Made by a program: the position numbers and the translations under genes
Assembly: GCA_963730065.1 (NCBI GenBank)
Contig: CAVSQL010000023.1
Coordinates: forward strand, 64,926-128,925
Length of the DNA stretch: 64,000 nucleotides
From: an uncultured Actinomycetes bacterium
GTDB taxonomy: Bacteria > Actinomycetota > Actinomycetes > Streptosporangiales > Streptosporangiaceae
Reading direction: 5' to 3'
The notes under the pieces: generated by a model
Database searches by the model: none
Told to the model about the DNA's origin: nothing
What the model saw: only the letters and a program-made list of their open reading frames with translations
Part shown: in pieces, positions 39,190 to 48,868 of the stretch
Numbering within the stretch: the stretch's first letter is position 1
Layout: each line of letters starts with the position of its first letter

Positions 39190-39812
39190 ATGATGGTCAG
39201 CCGTGTCCATCCGCCTGCTCTACTTGGTCTTCATCCGGGGCTCGCTGCGCTGATCGAGCAGATCGCCACCGAGAATCCCCGCTGGGGATACCAGCGGATC
39301 CAAGCTGAGCTGCTCAAGCTCGGCCACAGGGTCAGCGCATCCACGATCCGCCGCGTTCTCAAGGCGCTGAAGATCCCTCCGGCGCCGACGCGGCACACCG
39401 ACACGACGTGGCGGCAGTTCCTGCACGCGCAAGCCGCGACGATGCTCGCCACCGGCTTCTTCCACGTGGACTGCGCGGTCACCCTCCAGCGTCTGTACTG
39501 CTTGTTCGTGATAAAGATCGGCTCCCGCTACGTGCACGTCCTCGGCGTGACCGCGAAGCGCTCAAGATCCCGCCTCGAAGTCCTCGCGCAAACGCCTATG
39601 CGGAGCGGTTCGTGCTTACCGCCCGGACTGAAGTCACCGACCGGATGCTGATCTTCAGCGAACGGCACCTGCGGATCGTGATGGCCGAGTGTGCCCGGCA
39701 CTACAACGGGCGAAGACCGCACCGCGCACTCCAACTCCCGCCACCACGGCCCGACCACCCCGTGGCCGATCTTTCTCAGGAACAGATCAAGCGCCGGTCG
39801 GTCTGGGGCTGA
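39190..39812 (+). pseudogene. rve (integrase-core) transposase, IS481/IS3-like, with internal deletions
   Basis: Pieces readable in different frames: [10 protein letters not shown]..., [51 protein letters not shown]...[33 protein letters not shown], then directly [56 protein letters not shown]. The DDE core is missing. Confidence 0.7.
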
Positions 39813-39922
39813 GCCCGGGTGATCGGGTCGCTTCGCTGATGCCCAATCGTCCGGCGCTCGTCGTTCACTACCTGGCCTGTTTCAAGGCGGGGCTGGTCGC
39901 AACGCCCCTCAATTACCGGTAG

Positions 39923-41197
39923 ATGGCTCCGGAGATCGATCACGCCCTGGCGGTCAGCGGAGCCCGTGCCCTGCTCGCGCATGCCGAGCGGGAGGAAGAT
40001 CTGGCCGCAAGCCAGCTCGCGCGGCAGCTGCCGTTGGGCACCATCAGCTACGGCGGCAAGCCAGGAGCAGGTCCGGCTTTCGGGGAGCTGATTGAGCGGG
40101 AGGCCCGATCTTCGCCTCCGCCGCCTCCTTCTCCGGCGGCGCCTGCCGTGATCTTCTTTACCTCCGGCAGTACCGGACGCCCGAAGGGGGTCACCCATAC
40201 GCACCAGACGCTCGGGTGGATGTTCGCGACGGCGGCGGCAGGGCTCGAGCTCAGCCCCGGCGATCTGCTTCTGGCTGGCTCGTCGCTGTCGCACGTGGGT
40301 GCCTTCTACGTCTCGTTCGCCGCGCTGAGCACAGGCGCTGGGGTGATTGTGGCCCAGACGTTCGATGGGGACGAGCTGCTGCCGCTGCTTCGCGACGACC
40401 GCCCCACGGTGCTGTCGATGCTTCCTTCGGCGCTGTTCACGCTGACCCGCGACCACGGTGCCCGGCACGGCGATTTCGCCTCGCTGCGACTGTGCCGCGG
40501 GGCGGGCGACACCGTCTCCGCGGAGCTGGAACGGGAGTTCACCGCGCTAAGCGGGTTGGTGATCGACGAGGCCTACGGCCTGACCGAAGCCGGGCTGGTG
40601 ACGGTGAGCCCACCATCGGGGCAGATCAAGCCCGGTTCGGTCGGGCAGGTCGTTCCCGCGGTCTCGCTGTCTATCCGCAACGACGACGGCCAGGAGCTGC
40701 CGGTGGGCAGCGAAGGCCGCCTGTGGATCAAGACTCCCGCGGCCACCGTCGGCTACTGGGACGACCTGGGCGCGACCGAGACGGCCTTCAGCAACGGGTG
40801 GCTCGACTCCGGCGATGTGATGCGAGCCGACGACGAGGGCTACTTCTTTTTCTGCGGGCGCAAGAAGCAGATCATCGTCCACGACGGCTCGAACATCTGC
40901 CCCCAGGAGGTCGAGGGCGCCCTGCTCGAGCACCCGGGCGTCGCCAGCGCTGGGGTGATCGGGATCCACGACCTTATCCACGGTGAGAACGTCCGCGCCT
41001 ACATCACCCTTGCGGAGGGGACCGCGCGCCCGGCCAGCCAGGAGCTGATCCAGTTCGCCCGCGCGAGGATCGGTTACAAGGCGCCCGACGAAATAGTCGT
41101 CCTCGACCAAATGCCGCTCACCGCCACCGGGAAACTGGACCGGACACACCTGAAGCGCATGGCCGAGGCGAACCTCACACGCGGGGCTAACCGATGA
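39923..41197 (+). CDS. AMP-dependent synthetase/ligase (acyl-CoA synthetase family); 5'-truncated by the IS remnant and carrying an in-frame TAG at 39920-39922
   Basis: The same frame upstream reads ...GLSPGDRVASLMPNRPALVVHYLACFKAGLVATPLNYR-TAG-MAPEIDHAL... Downstream: IFFTSGSTGRPKGVTHTH...EAYGLTEAG...GWLDSGDVMRADDEGYFFFCGRKKQIIV...TATGKLDR. Probably a pseudogene, or expressed as an N-terminally shortened protein. Confidence 0.75.
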   Translation: MAPEIDHALAVSGARALLAHAEREEDLAASQLARQLPLGTISYGGKPGAGPAFGELIEREARSSPPPPPSPAAPAVIFFTSGSTGRPKGVTHTHQTLGWMFATAAAGLELSPGDLLLAGSSLSHVGAFYVSFAALSTGAGVIVAQTFDGDELLPLLRDDRPTVLSMLPSALFTLTRDHGARHGDFASLRLCRGAGDTVSAELEREFTALSGLVIDEAYGLTEAGLVTVSPPSGQIKPGSVGQVVPAVSLSIRNDDGQELPVGSEGRLWIKTPAATVGYWDDLGATETAFSNGWLDSGDVMRADDEGYFFFCGRKKQIIVHDGSNICPQEVEGALLEHPGVASAGVIGIHDLIHGENVRAYITLAEGTARPASQELIQFARARIGYKAPDEIVVLDQMPLTATGKLDRTHLKRMAEANLTRGANR

Positions 41198-41686
41198 AAC
41201 CCGCCCCGGCCGATCCGCGGCCGACAGGCAAAGCCCAAGCCCGCCGAGGTGATCGAAGGACCGCGGACCGCTTACGGGCCGGCCGCGCGTCATGACCTCG
41301 CCGCCGGTGGTGACCCGCAGACCGGCCCGCACAGATCAGCCGACTCTGCGTGCCGCCGCCGGCGCAGCACCGGCAGTCGCTCCCGCCCAGAACGGCTCGG
41401 CGCGCGTTATCCCTGACCTTTGTTGTCACCTACAGTAGCTGGATGTCCGACCCGTGGACTCGGTGCAATCTGGCTGGTCTGGGGCTCGCTGCCGGCGAGG
41501 TGCCCGTCCAGGCTGTGAGTGAACGGGTGGCCGCCACTGGCTGGATCGCGCCTTACCAGACGCGCCCTATGCGGCTACTTATGAGAGTGCGGGTTGCGGG
41601 CTCGAATAAGACGACCGAATTTCAGTAGCCCTGGCGGATTATCGGCGGCAGCCTGTAACCGTGATGGATCTGGACTGTTTGTAGTG

Positions 41687-42294
41687 ATGCCGCCGGTGTC
41701 CGATGAGGAGCTGCTGGCCCGGCAGTCCGCGCTGCAAGTGGAGGCGCGGGAGGTGCTTGCCGAGCTGGACCTGGCCGCGCTGGTCGCCGACATCGGCCCG
41801 CTGCTCCTCGCGGGCAGTTTCGTGTCCGGGCTAATGTGCTGGCGCGACCTCGATGTGGGACTGCTCGTCGGCAGTGACTTCTCACCCCGGGACGTGCTGC
41901 GGCTACTGCAGCGGATCGTGGGGCAGCGGGGGTCACGGCCTTCGAGTACCACGACGAGCGGGGTCCTCGGTGCGTGACCGGCCAGGTCCGCGATGAGCGT
42001 TACCACGTGCCCTTTACCGTGGACCGGGCCGGCCAGTGCTGGCGGATCGACCTGACGTTGTGGCTGCACGACGCGCACCTCAATGTCACCCGCTGGCACG
42101 AACAGCTGCGCGAGCGCATCACCGCCGAGCAGGGCAGCGCGGTGCTGCGCATCAAAGACGTGTGGCACCGGCGGCCAAGCTATCCAGACCAGGTCGGTGG
42201 CCTGGACATCTACACCGCTGCGATCGATGACGGGGGCCGCACCCCCCGCCAGTTCGCTACCTGGCTTGCTAGCCGCGGGCTGCCCCACACATAG
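41687..42294 (+). pseudogene. Nucleotidyltransferase-domain protein, frameshifted near 41925
   Basis: MPPVSDEELLARQSALQVEAREVLAELDLAALVADIGPLLLAGSFVSGLMCWRDLDVGLLVG...LLQRIV, then a frame change to ...GVTAFEYHDERGPRCVTGQVRDERYHVPFTVDRAGQCWRIDLTLWLHD.... Confidence 0.55.
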
Positions 42295-42432
42295 GAACAC
42301 CCAGGACCGCGCGAACAGGAGCAATGCTTGAAACCTGTGGATCGGCCGGGAAGGGGTGTACCTTCCCGGTGTCCGAGTTGAGGTCTCAAGCAATGACCGG
42401 CGTTGGCGCGCCGGCCGGGAAGGTACAACCCG

Positions 42433-43203
42433 ATGCTCACCGTAGTCCCTGGCGACGGCTCCGGCCACGAGGCTGGTAAGGATGGCTCGCTGATCGATGA
42501 GATTGTCCGGGAAGGCGCGCGGCGGATGCTGGCCGAGGCGCTGGCCGCCGAGGTAGACGCCTATATCGCCCAGTTCACCGCCGCGCGGGACGGGAACGGC
42601 CAGCGCCTGGTGGTGCGCAATGGCTATCACCGGCCGCGGGAGGTACTGACCAGCGCGGGCGCGGTGGAGGTGACCGTGCCGCGGGTCAACGACAAGCGCA
42701 CCGACCCGGCTACCGGCGAGCGGCAGCGGTTCTCATCGGCGATTCTGCCGCCGTGGGCGCGCAAGACCCCGAAGATCACCGAGGTGCTGCCGCTGCTGTA
42801 TCTGCACGGGCTGTCCAGCGGCGACTTCGTGCCCGCCCTGGGCCAGTTCCTGGGCTCATCTGCCGGGCTGTCGGCGGCGGTGATCACCCGGCTGACCGGG
42901 ACCTGGCAGGCCGGGCAGCGCGCCTTCGCCAGGCGGGACCTGTCCGGCGTGGACTATGTCTATCTGTGGGCCGGCGGGATCCACGTGAACATCCGCCTCG
43001 AAGAGCACAAGCTGTGCCTGCTGGTGATGATCGGCGTGCGCGCCGACGGCCGCAAGGAGCTCATCGCCCTCGCTGACGGCTACCGGGAGTCGGCGGAGTC
43101 GTGGGCGGACCTGCTGCGCGATTGCGCCCGCCGCGGCATGCGCGCCCCGGTGCTGGCCATCGGTGATGGGGCGCTGGGGTTCTGGAATCTAAGACTGTTC
43201 TAA
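42433..43203 (+). pseudogene. IS256 family transposase, truncated after ~252 of ~400+ codons
   Basis: MLTVVPGDG...LIDEIVREGARRMLAEALAAEVDAYI...RLVVRNGYHRPREVLTSAGAVEVTVPRVND...LPLLYLHGLSSGDF...YLWAGGIHVNIRLEE...LVMIGVRADGRKELIAL...APVLAIGDGALGFW. It then runs into the non-coding repeat. A possible IRL lies near 42346. Confidence 0.85.
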
Positions 43204-43583
43204 TTCGCTATTCGATAGAGCTATCCGCTCCCCCGCTTAGTCGCCGAGTGTGCAGGTGGTCAGGTCCTCCAGCACCGCCGGGCCAGCCCGGCGCTGGCTG
43301 GCATGGCGTGGCCGGGGCAGCGTCAGGGCGAGCGCGCCACAGCGCTCTGTTAATTCCGGCCTATCTGGCTCGGATGCGGCCGGAGGACGGGAATGCCCAG
43401 GGCTTCTTCACCGTGCCCAGCGTGTACGGCTTGTCGTACCTTGGCCACACCCTCCGTCAAGATGACAAGCGAGGTCTGCCGCACGGTGCTCGTTCTCGGT
43501 GCTCGGCAGACAGCGGGATACCTGCTACGCACTGTGAGATCCGGCGGTAGTCCCGATGCGCTGGTAGGCGCGCCTATCGCCGA
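43188..43583. repeat. Uninterrupted copy (~396 bp) of the non-coding repeat element
   Basis: 43188-43364 matches 20738-20867, with an extra ~47 bp. 43361-43583 matches 22395-22617. It contains an 8-bp stem GTCTGCCG/CGGCAGAC (43474-43511). There is no protein-like frame, and the copies differ by indels. Confidence 0.65.
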
Positions 43584-43750
43584 CTCGGCGCGCCGGGCTG
43601 ACATGTCAACAACTGCGGAGAACTTACGCAGATTATCCGGTTCTGCGTGCGCGGCGCTGAGCGGCCCATGACGTTCACTGCGGTGGAGGGCCGCACAGGC
43701 GACCTAGCGACCAAGGATCGCTAGGCGGTCGGCGGCCCCTAATGAAGGGG

Positions 43751-44668
43751 CTAGGCGGTCAGTGCTTGGCGTAGGTCTAGGTAGGTTGGCGCCAGGTCGC
43801 GCAATATGTTGGCGGCTATGGCATTGTTACCGGTGACGAAGGGGTTTTGGAGGCTGCCGACCAGCCGCGCCTGAGCGCCGGTGATCTCGGCGGCGGCGTG
43901 CAGGCCGATCTGGGCAAGCCAGTACTCGGCGTCGGCTAGGCGCCGGGCGCCGACGGGGACGGCGAACGACACCAGTTCGTCTCGCTGCCCCTCGCTCAGG
44001 CCCGCCTGAACCATGTCGGCCAGCGCCAGGGCTGCCTCCCCGGCGCCCAGTGTCGCTGGTGGCGCTTGCCCGGGCTGCCCGCTGAGCCATGCGATCGCCG
44101 CGGGCACCGAGGCGCGCAGCGCGTCAAGTGGATCGGTCTCTCGGGAGCGGCGGAACCCGGTGCGCATCGTGTACTCAGTCTTGGCATAGTCGATGGAGTC
44201 GCCGCGCCAGGCAGTGACGAAGGTTTCAGCTGGCAGGGTGGCGTACGGGTGGCCGTCGGGATCGTGGAAGCGGATCACTTCCCCGTCAGCGGCAAGCACC
44301 AGCAGATAGTGGTCGGCGCCGATAGCCCCTCCTGCCCCGGGTTGCTGCCAAAGCAGGCCCATTTCCACGGGTCCAGCGAAGACCGGCCCGGAGCGGGTGG
44401 CCTCTTGCAGGCGCTTGAGCGCTGCGTCAGCGTCCCCGCTGTCGCTGCGCTGACATGACCAGCCCAGCAGTTCCAGCGCGGCGTCAATCCCGATTTCGGG
44501 GTCCCAGCCCATCGGATCGAAGAATGGCCGACGGCCAGCCAGCAGTTGCATTCCGAAGGGAGAGCCGGTGAGCACCTCTAGCAGCCCCGGGTCGGTCCCA
44601 TCGGCAAGGGCCATAGCCAGGCAGTTAGCGTAGCAGTACGGGCCGGAACCGACATAGCGAGAGATCAT
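43751..44668 (-). CDS. Hypothetical protein; possible papain-fold cysteine peptidase (BtrH-N/DUF4872-like)
   Basis: MISRYVGSGPYCYANCLAMALADGTDPGLLEVLTGSPFGMQL...GADHYLLVLAADGEVIRFHDPDG... The functional guess rests only on the Cys...His spacing. Confidence 0.55.
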   Translation of the reverse strand: MISRYVGSGPYCYANCLAMALADGTDPGLLEVLTGSPFGMQLLAGRRPFFDPMGWDPEIGIDAALELLGWSCQRSDSGDADAALKRLQEATRSGPVFAGPVEMGLLWQQPGAGGAIGADHYLLVLAADGEVIRFHDPDGHPYATLPAETFVTAWRGDSIDYAKTEYTMRTGFRRSRETDPLDALRASVPAAIAWLSGQPGQAPPATLGAGEAALALADMVQAGLSEGQRDELVSFAVPVGARRLADAEYWLAQIGLHAAAEITGAQARLVGSLQNPFVTGNNAIAANILRDLAPTYLDLRQALTA

Positions 44669-44834
44669 GCCCAACAGTATGGCAGCGACCGCCTCCATGC
44701 GTGTCCTCGGCCGACGAGCCCGGGCTCCAGAAACCACCCCGGGACGGTTAGCGATGCAGGGTAAACGCGACCCGTTGCCGAGCGTTGCGGCCGATACCTG
44801 GCGTGGTTTGGGCGGTGAGAGAGGGATAGGTTTC

Positions 44835-44924
44835 TCAGACGATAAAGCGCTGGAGACAGCGCAGGATCTCGGCCTTGATCTTGCCCTCGGCGGTCCGCCG
44901 GGCGACGTAGTCCTTGGTGGCTGG
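44835..44924 (-). pseudogene. IS110 family transposase C-terminal stub
   Basis: The minus strand reads PATKDYVARRTAEGKIKAEILRCLQRFIV, then a stop. This parallels PPTRAYVARRSKEGLSKPEIIRCLKRYAA of the 30642-31682 transposase. Degenerate remnants may extend to about 45100. Confidence 0.5.
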
Positions 44925-45592
44925 TGGCCAAGATCACTGGCTTCCGGGTCCGGGACCGCTGGCGGCCTGGGACCGGGCGTCGTTCACCTCAGACAGCCAC
45001 AGCCAGGTCGCGGCATTCGAGAAACTGCCGTAGCCGCCTGCACGCGCAGATCCAGCAGATATGTCCGCCCAAGTTGATCAGCGTGAGGATGCGTATGGCC
45101 GTCCAGAACGGCGGGTCAACACGCGTGAGTCAGGAGTAGGACGAATCAGAAAGTGACGTTGAACCCGGGCGGCTATGTGACCGGATCGCCGATTCTGAAC
45201 TCATTGCACCGATCGGGGTTCGGATGCCGATCCTGTACAGATCAACCCTTTCGGCGCGGGCTGGATGATGACCAGCCTGCTAAAGATCCTTAAGGGTGGG
45301 GGTTACAGAAGGGTGTGAGGTCGAGCCTGGTGCTGGCAGCGCGGTGCTCAGCCCCAGCGCCCGCTCCAATGACCACCACATCTGCGTCCACAAGAGCCGG
45401 TGTTCCCCCATTCCCGCAAGGCAGCCCGCCGTGAAACGCCCGCACGCAGAGCCCGCGTGCCGCTGGCGAATGTGACCCATCCCACATCCCACGGCACCAC
45501 CCATGCTGAACGCCACCGCGGCACGCGCCGTGTGGAGAGGTAAGCGCGCGCCCACCACTCCCCGGACCAGCACAAACCGGAAAGGACCAGGA

Positions 45593-45970
45593 ATGTTGTT
45601 CACAGCCCGAGCGGGGGCTGGGCTCGCGCTCCTCGCAGCGCTGATCGCCGGCTGCGGCACCGCCGCGGCAAGCCATCCCGCCACGCAGAAGCCAGTCCCG
45701 GCGGCGCGGAGCCACGACCCATCGCCACCGGTGCAGGCCGCGACCGCCACACCCGCCCCGATGCCGACGCACCGCCGCCATCACCGTCACCACCACCATC
45801 ACCACGCCATGGCGGTGGTGACCCCGGTCACCACGCCGGTCGCGCCGCCGCCACCACCGCCGCCGACCATGGCACCCACCCCGGCTCCCAACCCCATCCC
45901 GCAGGGCAACGGCGGTGACCAGGACGGCGACAACAACGGCGGCCCGAGCGACGGCGACGGCGACATCTAG
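45593..45970 (+). CDS. Lipoprotein with His-rich and Pro-rich low-complexity regions
   Basis: MLFTARAGAGLALLAALIAGCGTAAAS (signal peptide plus LIAGC lipobox), then PTHRRHHRHHHHHHAMAV, PPPPPPP and an acidic GGDQDGDNNGGPSDGDGDI tail. Confidence 0.65.
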   Translation: MLFTARAGAGLALLAALIAGCGTAAASHPATQKPVPAARSHDPSPPVQAATATPAPMPTHRRHHRHHHHHHAMAVVTPVTTPVAPPPPPPPTMAPTPAPNPIPQGNGGDQDGDNNGGPSDGDGDI

Positions 45971-46069
45971 CCAGTTCCAGCCCGGTTCCGGTCCCGCTCC
46001 CCGCTGCGGGACCGGCCCGGCAGCATCCAGACCCGCGAATGAATCACCCCGGGATTTCGTCGAGGCGGA

Positions 46070-46300
46070 CTGCAGCGCCCCGAGTTCGTTGGGGTCCAGC
46101 CCGGTGGCGCGCGAGTCATAGTCCAGCCGGAGGCGGCGGACATGGGCCGCCAGGGAGCGATCGAGCAGGTCTTCCTCCACCGCGTACCGACAGAACCCCG
46201 CGATCGTGCACAGCCGGCGGGTGATGGTGGCCCGGGCGCGGCCGCGCGTCTCCAGGTCGTGGGCGAAGCACTGGATGTCGGCCCGCCGGGTATCGGCGAG
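46070..46300 (-). pseudogene. Tyrosine recombinase internal fragment (paralog of 29336-30253)
   Basis: RRADIQCFAHDLETRGRARATITRRLCTIAGFCRYAVEEDLLDRSLAAHVRRLRLDYDSRATGLDPNELGAL. The N- and C-terminal parts are missing. Confidence 0.7.
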
Positions 46301-46405
46301 ACCGGGACGCTCAGCCGTTCTGGACACACCCCCCACTCCAGGTCCGGGGTCGCGCTGGTAGGTTTTGTCCGTCGTCCGGCCAGCCGGCCGCCGGGAGGGG
46401 GAGTG

Positions 46406-46702
46406 ATGACGTTCGTACAGATCATCGAGATGACCACCACCAAAGCTCCCGAAATCGAGGAGCTCATGAACGGGTGGATGGCTGCGACAGAAGGGCGCCG
46501 TAGCGCAAGCCGCAGCCTGCTGACCAAGGACCGCGAACGCCCCGATACCTACGTGCAGGTGGTGGAGTTCCCCTCCTACGAGGAGGCGATGGCGAACTCC
46601 GCCCTTCCCGAGACGACGGCGTTCGCCGAGAAGCTGTCAGCCCTATGTGTATCGGGGCCCGCGTTCCGCAATCTCGACCTCGTTCGCGTCGACGAGCTGT
46701 AG
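46406..46702 (+). CDS. Small hypothetical protein (98 aa), possibly ABM/dimeric alpha-beta barrel-like
   Basis: MTFVQIIEMTTTKAPEIEELMNGWMAATEGRRSASRSLLTKDRERPDTYVQVVEFPSYEEAMANSALPETTAF. GGGAGGGGGAG RBS. Confidence 0.6.
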   Translation: MTFVQIIEMTTTKAPEIEELMNGWMAATEGRRSASRSLLTKDRERPDTYVQVVEFPSYEEAMANSALPETTAFAEKLSALCVSGPAFRNLDLVRVDEL

Positions 46703-46802
46703 CCAACCGAGTCCGCCCGGTCCTGCGGGCGTTCAGCAGGATACCGAACGACCCTTCGGGCGCGGCTCAGGCAGCCACATTGCCCGACCCCACTGCTGAG
46801 CA

Positions 46803-48569
46803 ATTAGATGACATGCATCGGGCCGGGCTGAGGTCGCTGGCCGGGTGCTGGAGACCTCCCCAGCTCAGACGCGGGTCAGGCTTGACCGCGTAGGCATTTC
46901 GCATGGGGCGCGTGCGCCCCTTCGGAGCGTGAGGAGGTCCCGATGCCCATCGTAGGCGGGCTGGATATCCACCGGAAGCAGCTGACGTTCGACTATCCCG
47001 GCACGGTGACCGGGGAGGTGCGGCGCGGCCAGATCGCCCCGGCCGACCGGGAGCACCTGCGGGCTTGGCTGGTGCGGTTCGCTGGGCGCGGCGACGTCGC
47101 GTTCGCGGTGGAGGGGTGCACGGGGTGGCGGTATGTCGCCGAGGAGCTGGCCGCGGCCGGGATCGCCGCGCATGTGGGCGAGCCGGCCGACACCGCCGCT
47201 GCCCGTGGCCGCAAGCGGCATGCCAAGACCGACAAGACCGACTCCGCGCACTTGCGCCGGCTGCTGGCCGAGGGCAGGCTGCCGGAGTGCTGGGTCCCGC
47301 CGGCGCAGATCCTGGAGTACCGGGCGCTGCTGGAGACCTACCACGACGTGCGCCGCGAGCACACCGCCTGGGTGCAGCGCATCCACGCGGTCTTCTTCCA
47401 CCAGGGCGCGCCAGCGCTGGGCGAAGGCGCGCTGCGTACCGAGCAGGGCCTGGCCGCGCTGCGCGAGGCCGCGGCCGCGCACCTGTCGCCGGGCGGGCAG
47501 CTGCAGGTCGCCACCGCCCTGGACATGCTCGCCGCCATCGAAGCCCGCATGGAGGTACTGCGCACGCAGCTGCGTTATGCCGCCCGGCACCTCACCGGCG
47601 CGAAGGTCCTCGCCGCGCGGCTGTATGGGGTCGGCCCGGTCACCGCGCTGGCGCTGACCTGCTGGCTGGCCGGGGAAGGCCGGTTCTCCTCCTCCCGCAA
47701 GGCGGTCCGGTTCACCGGACTGGACATCACCGTCTGGTCTTCGGACCGCAAAGGCCCGCCCGGGCGCCTGTCCCGGCAGGGGCCACCGGTGCTGCGCTGG
47801 GCGGTGTATGAGGCCGGCAAGACCCACGCCCGCGCTTCGGCCCCCGACCACGGCTACTACGCCGCCGTCAAGGACCGCAAGAACAGCAAGCGCGCGGCCT
47901 TGCCGGAGGCCCGCAAGATCGTCCGGCAGGCCTGCCACATCCTGACCGAACTTGGCGACGACGCGCTCACCGCCGCCTAACCCCTCACCCATGCCGATGG
48001 TCACCAGCCCCGCGACGCGCCGGCGCCGGGCGGGCACACCGCAGCCACACTTCACCCGATGGGGAACCACCGCGGCCAGCTCCCGCGAGCCGCTGTCAGC
48101 CGCTGCCGGCCTTGCCACCAAGGGCCAGGCGGGCGGCCTGATCAGACTGAGCGGCCGCATCCCCGCAAGCCGGGGACACCCAATCAATCATCTTGTCGCC
48201 GGGGCAGCGCCCAAGCCCCGCGGACCCAGGTAAGGCTGGCTGCTCCTCCCCCCGGCCCCGCCCACCACGGCTGGTCACCCGCACAGAAAGGCCCCGGCCT
48301 GAACCACTGACCACACCCACGCACCACCACGGCTCCCTGCCCTGCCGCCTGGCAATGATCCGCTCCCGGGCGGCCGCCTCAAGGACGCCTAACGGCGCCG
48401 GCTACGCCGACCGGGCTCCCGCCCGGTCCTTGACCCGCCCGCCCGGTCGCAGGCCCGGCAGCTATCAGGGGCAGGGAGCCAACTTAACCATGCCCACACA
48501 GAGCAGCTCATGGGGCCGCAACGCCCAGGCCGAACCACCTTGCGGCGTCACCCGATACAGGTAAGGCGG
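46803..48569 (+). mobile_element. IS110-family insertion sequence, copy B
   Basis: Co-linear with 982-2748, with 3 differences out of 1,767 bp. Confidence 0.9.
46943..47980 (+). CDS. IS110 family transposase (copy B; Gly35Asp relative to copy A)
   Basis: 345 aa, identical to the 1122-2159 product except AGRE to ADRE. Confidence 0.95.
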   Translation: MPIVGGLDIHRKQLTFDYPGTVTGEVRRGQIAPADREHLRAWLVRFAGRGDVAFAVEGCTGWRYVAEELAAAGIAAHVGEPADTAAARGRKRHAKTDKTDSAHLRRLLAEGRLPECWVPPAQILEYRALLETYHDVRREHTAWVQRIHAVFFHQGAPALGEGALRTEQGLAALREAAAAHLSPGGQLQVATALDMLAAIEARMEVLRTQLRYAARHLTGAKVLAARLYGVGPVTALALTCWLAGEGRFSSSRKAVRFTGLDITVWSSDRKGPPGRLSRQGPPVLRWAVYEAGKTHARASAPDHGYYAAVKDRKNSKRAALPEARKIVRQACHILTELGDDALTAA

Positions 48570-48868
48570 CTCCGCGCGCGGGCAGTGTTGAGGGAGGATC
48601 GTCGGCCGTGATCGGCTCGTGGAGCGAAGCAGCGCTTGGTCGATGCCGATTCTGCGGGTGGTCTGCCGCCGCTGGCGGCGCACCGATCGGGCGGCGATGC
48701 GTGCCATGCCAGGTTGCAGGCCGGTTATGCCCGGCGAGGTCGCGGCAGGCTGCCGGGTGCGGGGGATACGATGCGGCACGCCAGCCCGGGTGTGCCCTGA
48801 GGCATGCGCACCCGGGCATGAGTACTTGTACGCATGCCCGGGTGCCGTGGACCGCGGAGAATGACGCT

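Noticed and set aside
39920-39922. In-frame TAG codons (39920 and 56722) as programmed recoding (pyrrolysine or read-through).
   Set aside because: There is no pyl machinery or recoding signal. Both genes carry additional damage (5' truncation or a frameshift), so plain nonsense mutation is far more likely.
43215-43250. A tRNA-like start (GCGGGGGAGCGGATAGCTC on the minus strand) at the edge of the repeat, hinting at an integration site in a tRNA gene.
   Set aside because: The D-loop is too short. There is no anticodon arm, and no GTTCGAATC-type T-loop follows. I found no convincing tRNA anywhere in the window.
43188-43583. The ~396-bp repeat as an ORF-less group II intron or other self-splicing element inserted in IS256.
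   Set aside because: On neither strand do I find a GUGYG 5' end or a domain V-like AGC...GUAC.GG hairpin. The IS256 reading frame does not resume after the repeat.
45290-46336. A 348-aa minus-strand ORF spanning the lipoprotein locus.
   Set aside because: It is chimeric. Only about 46070-46300 is protein-like (the integrase fragment). The rest is antisense to the His/Pro-rich lipoprotein gene.
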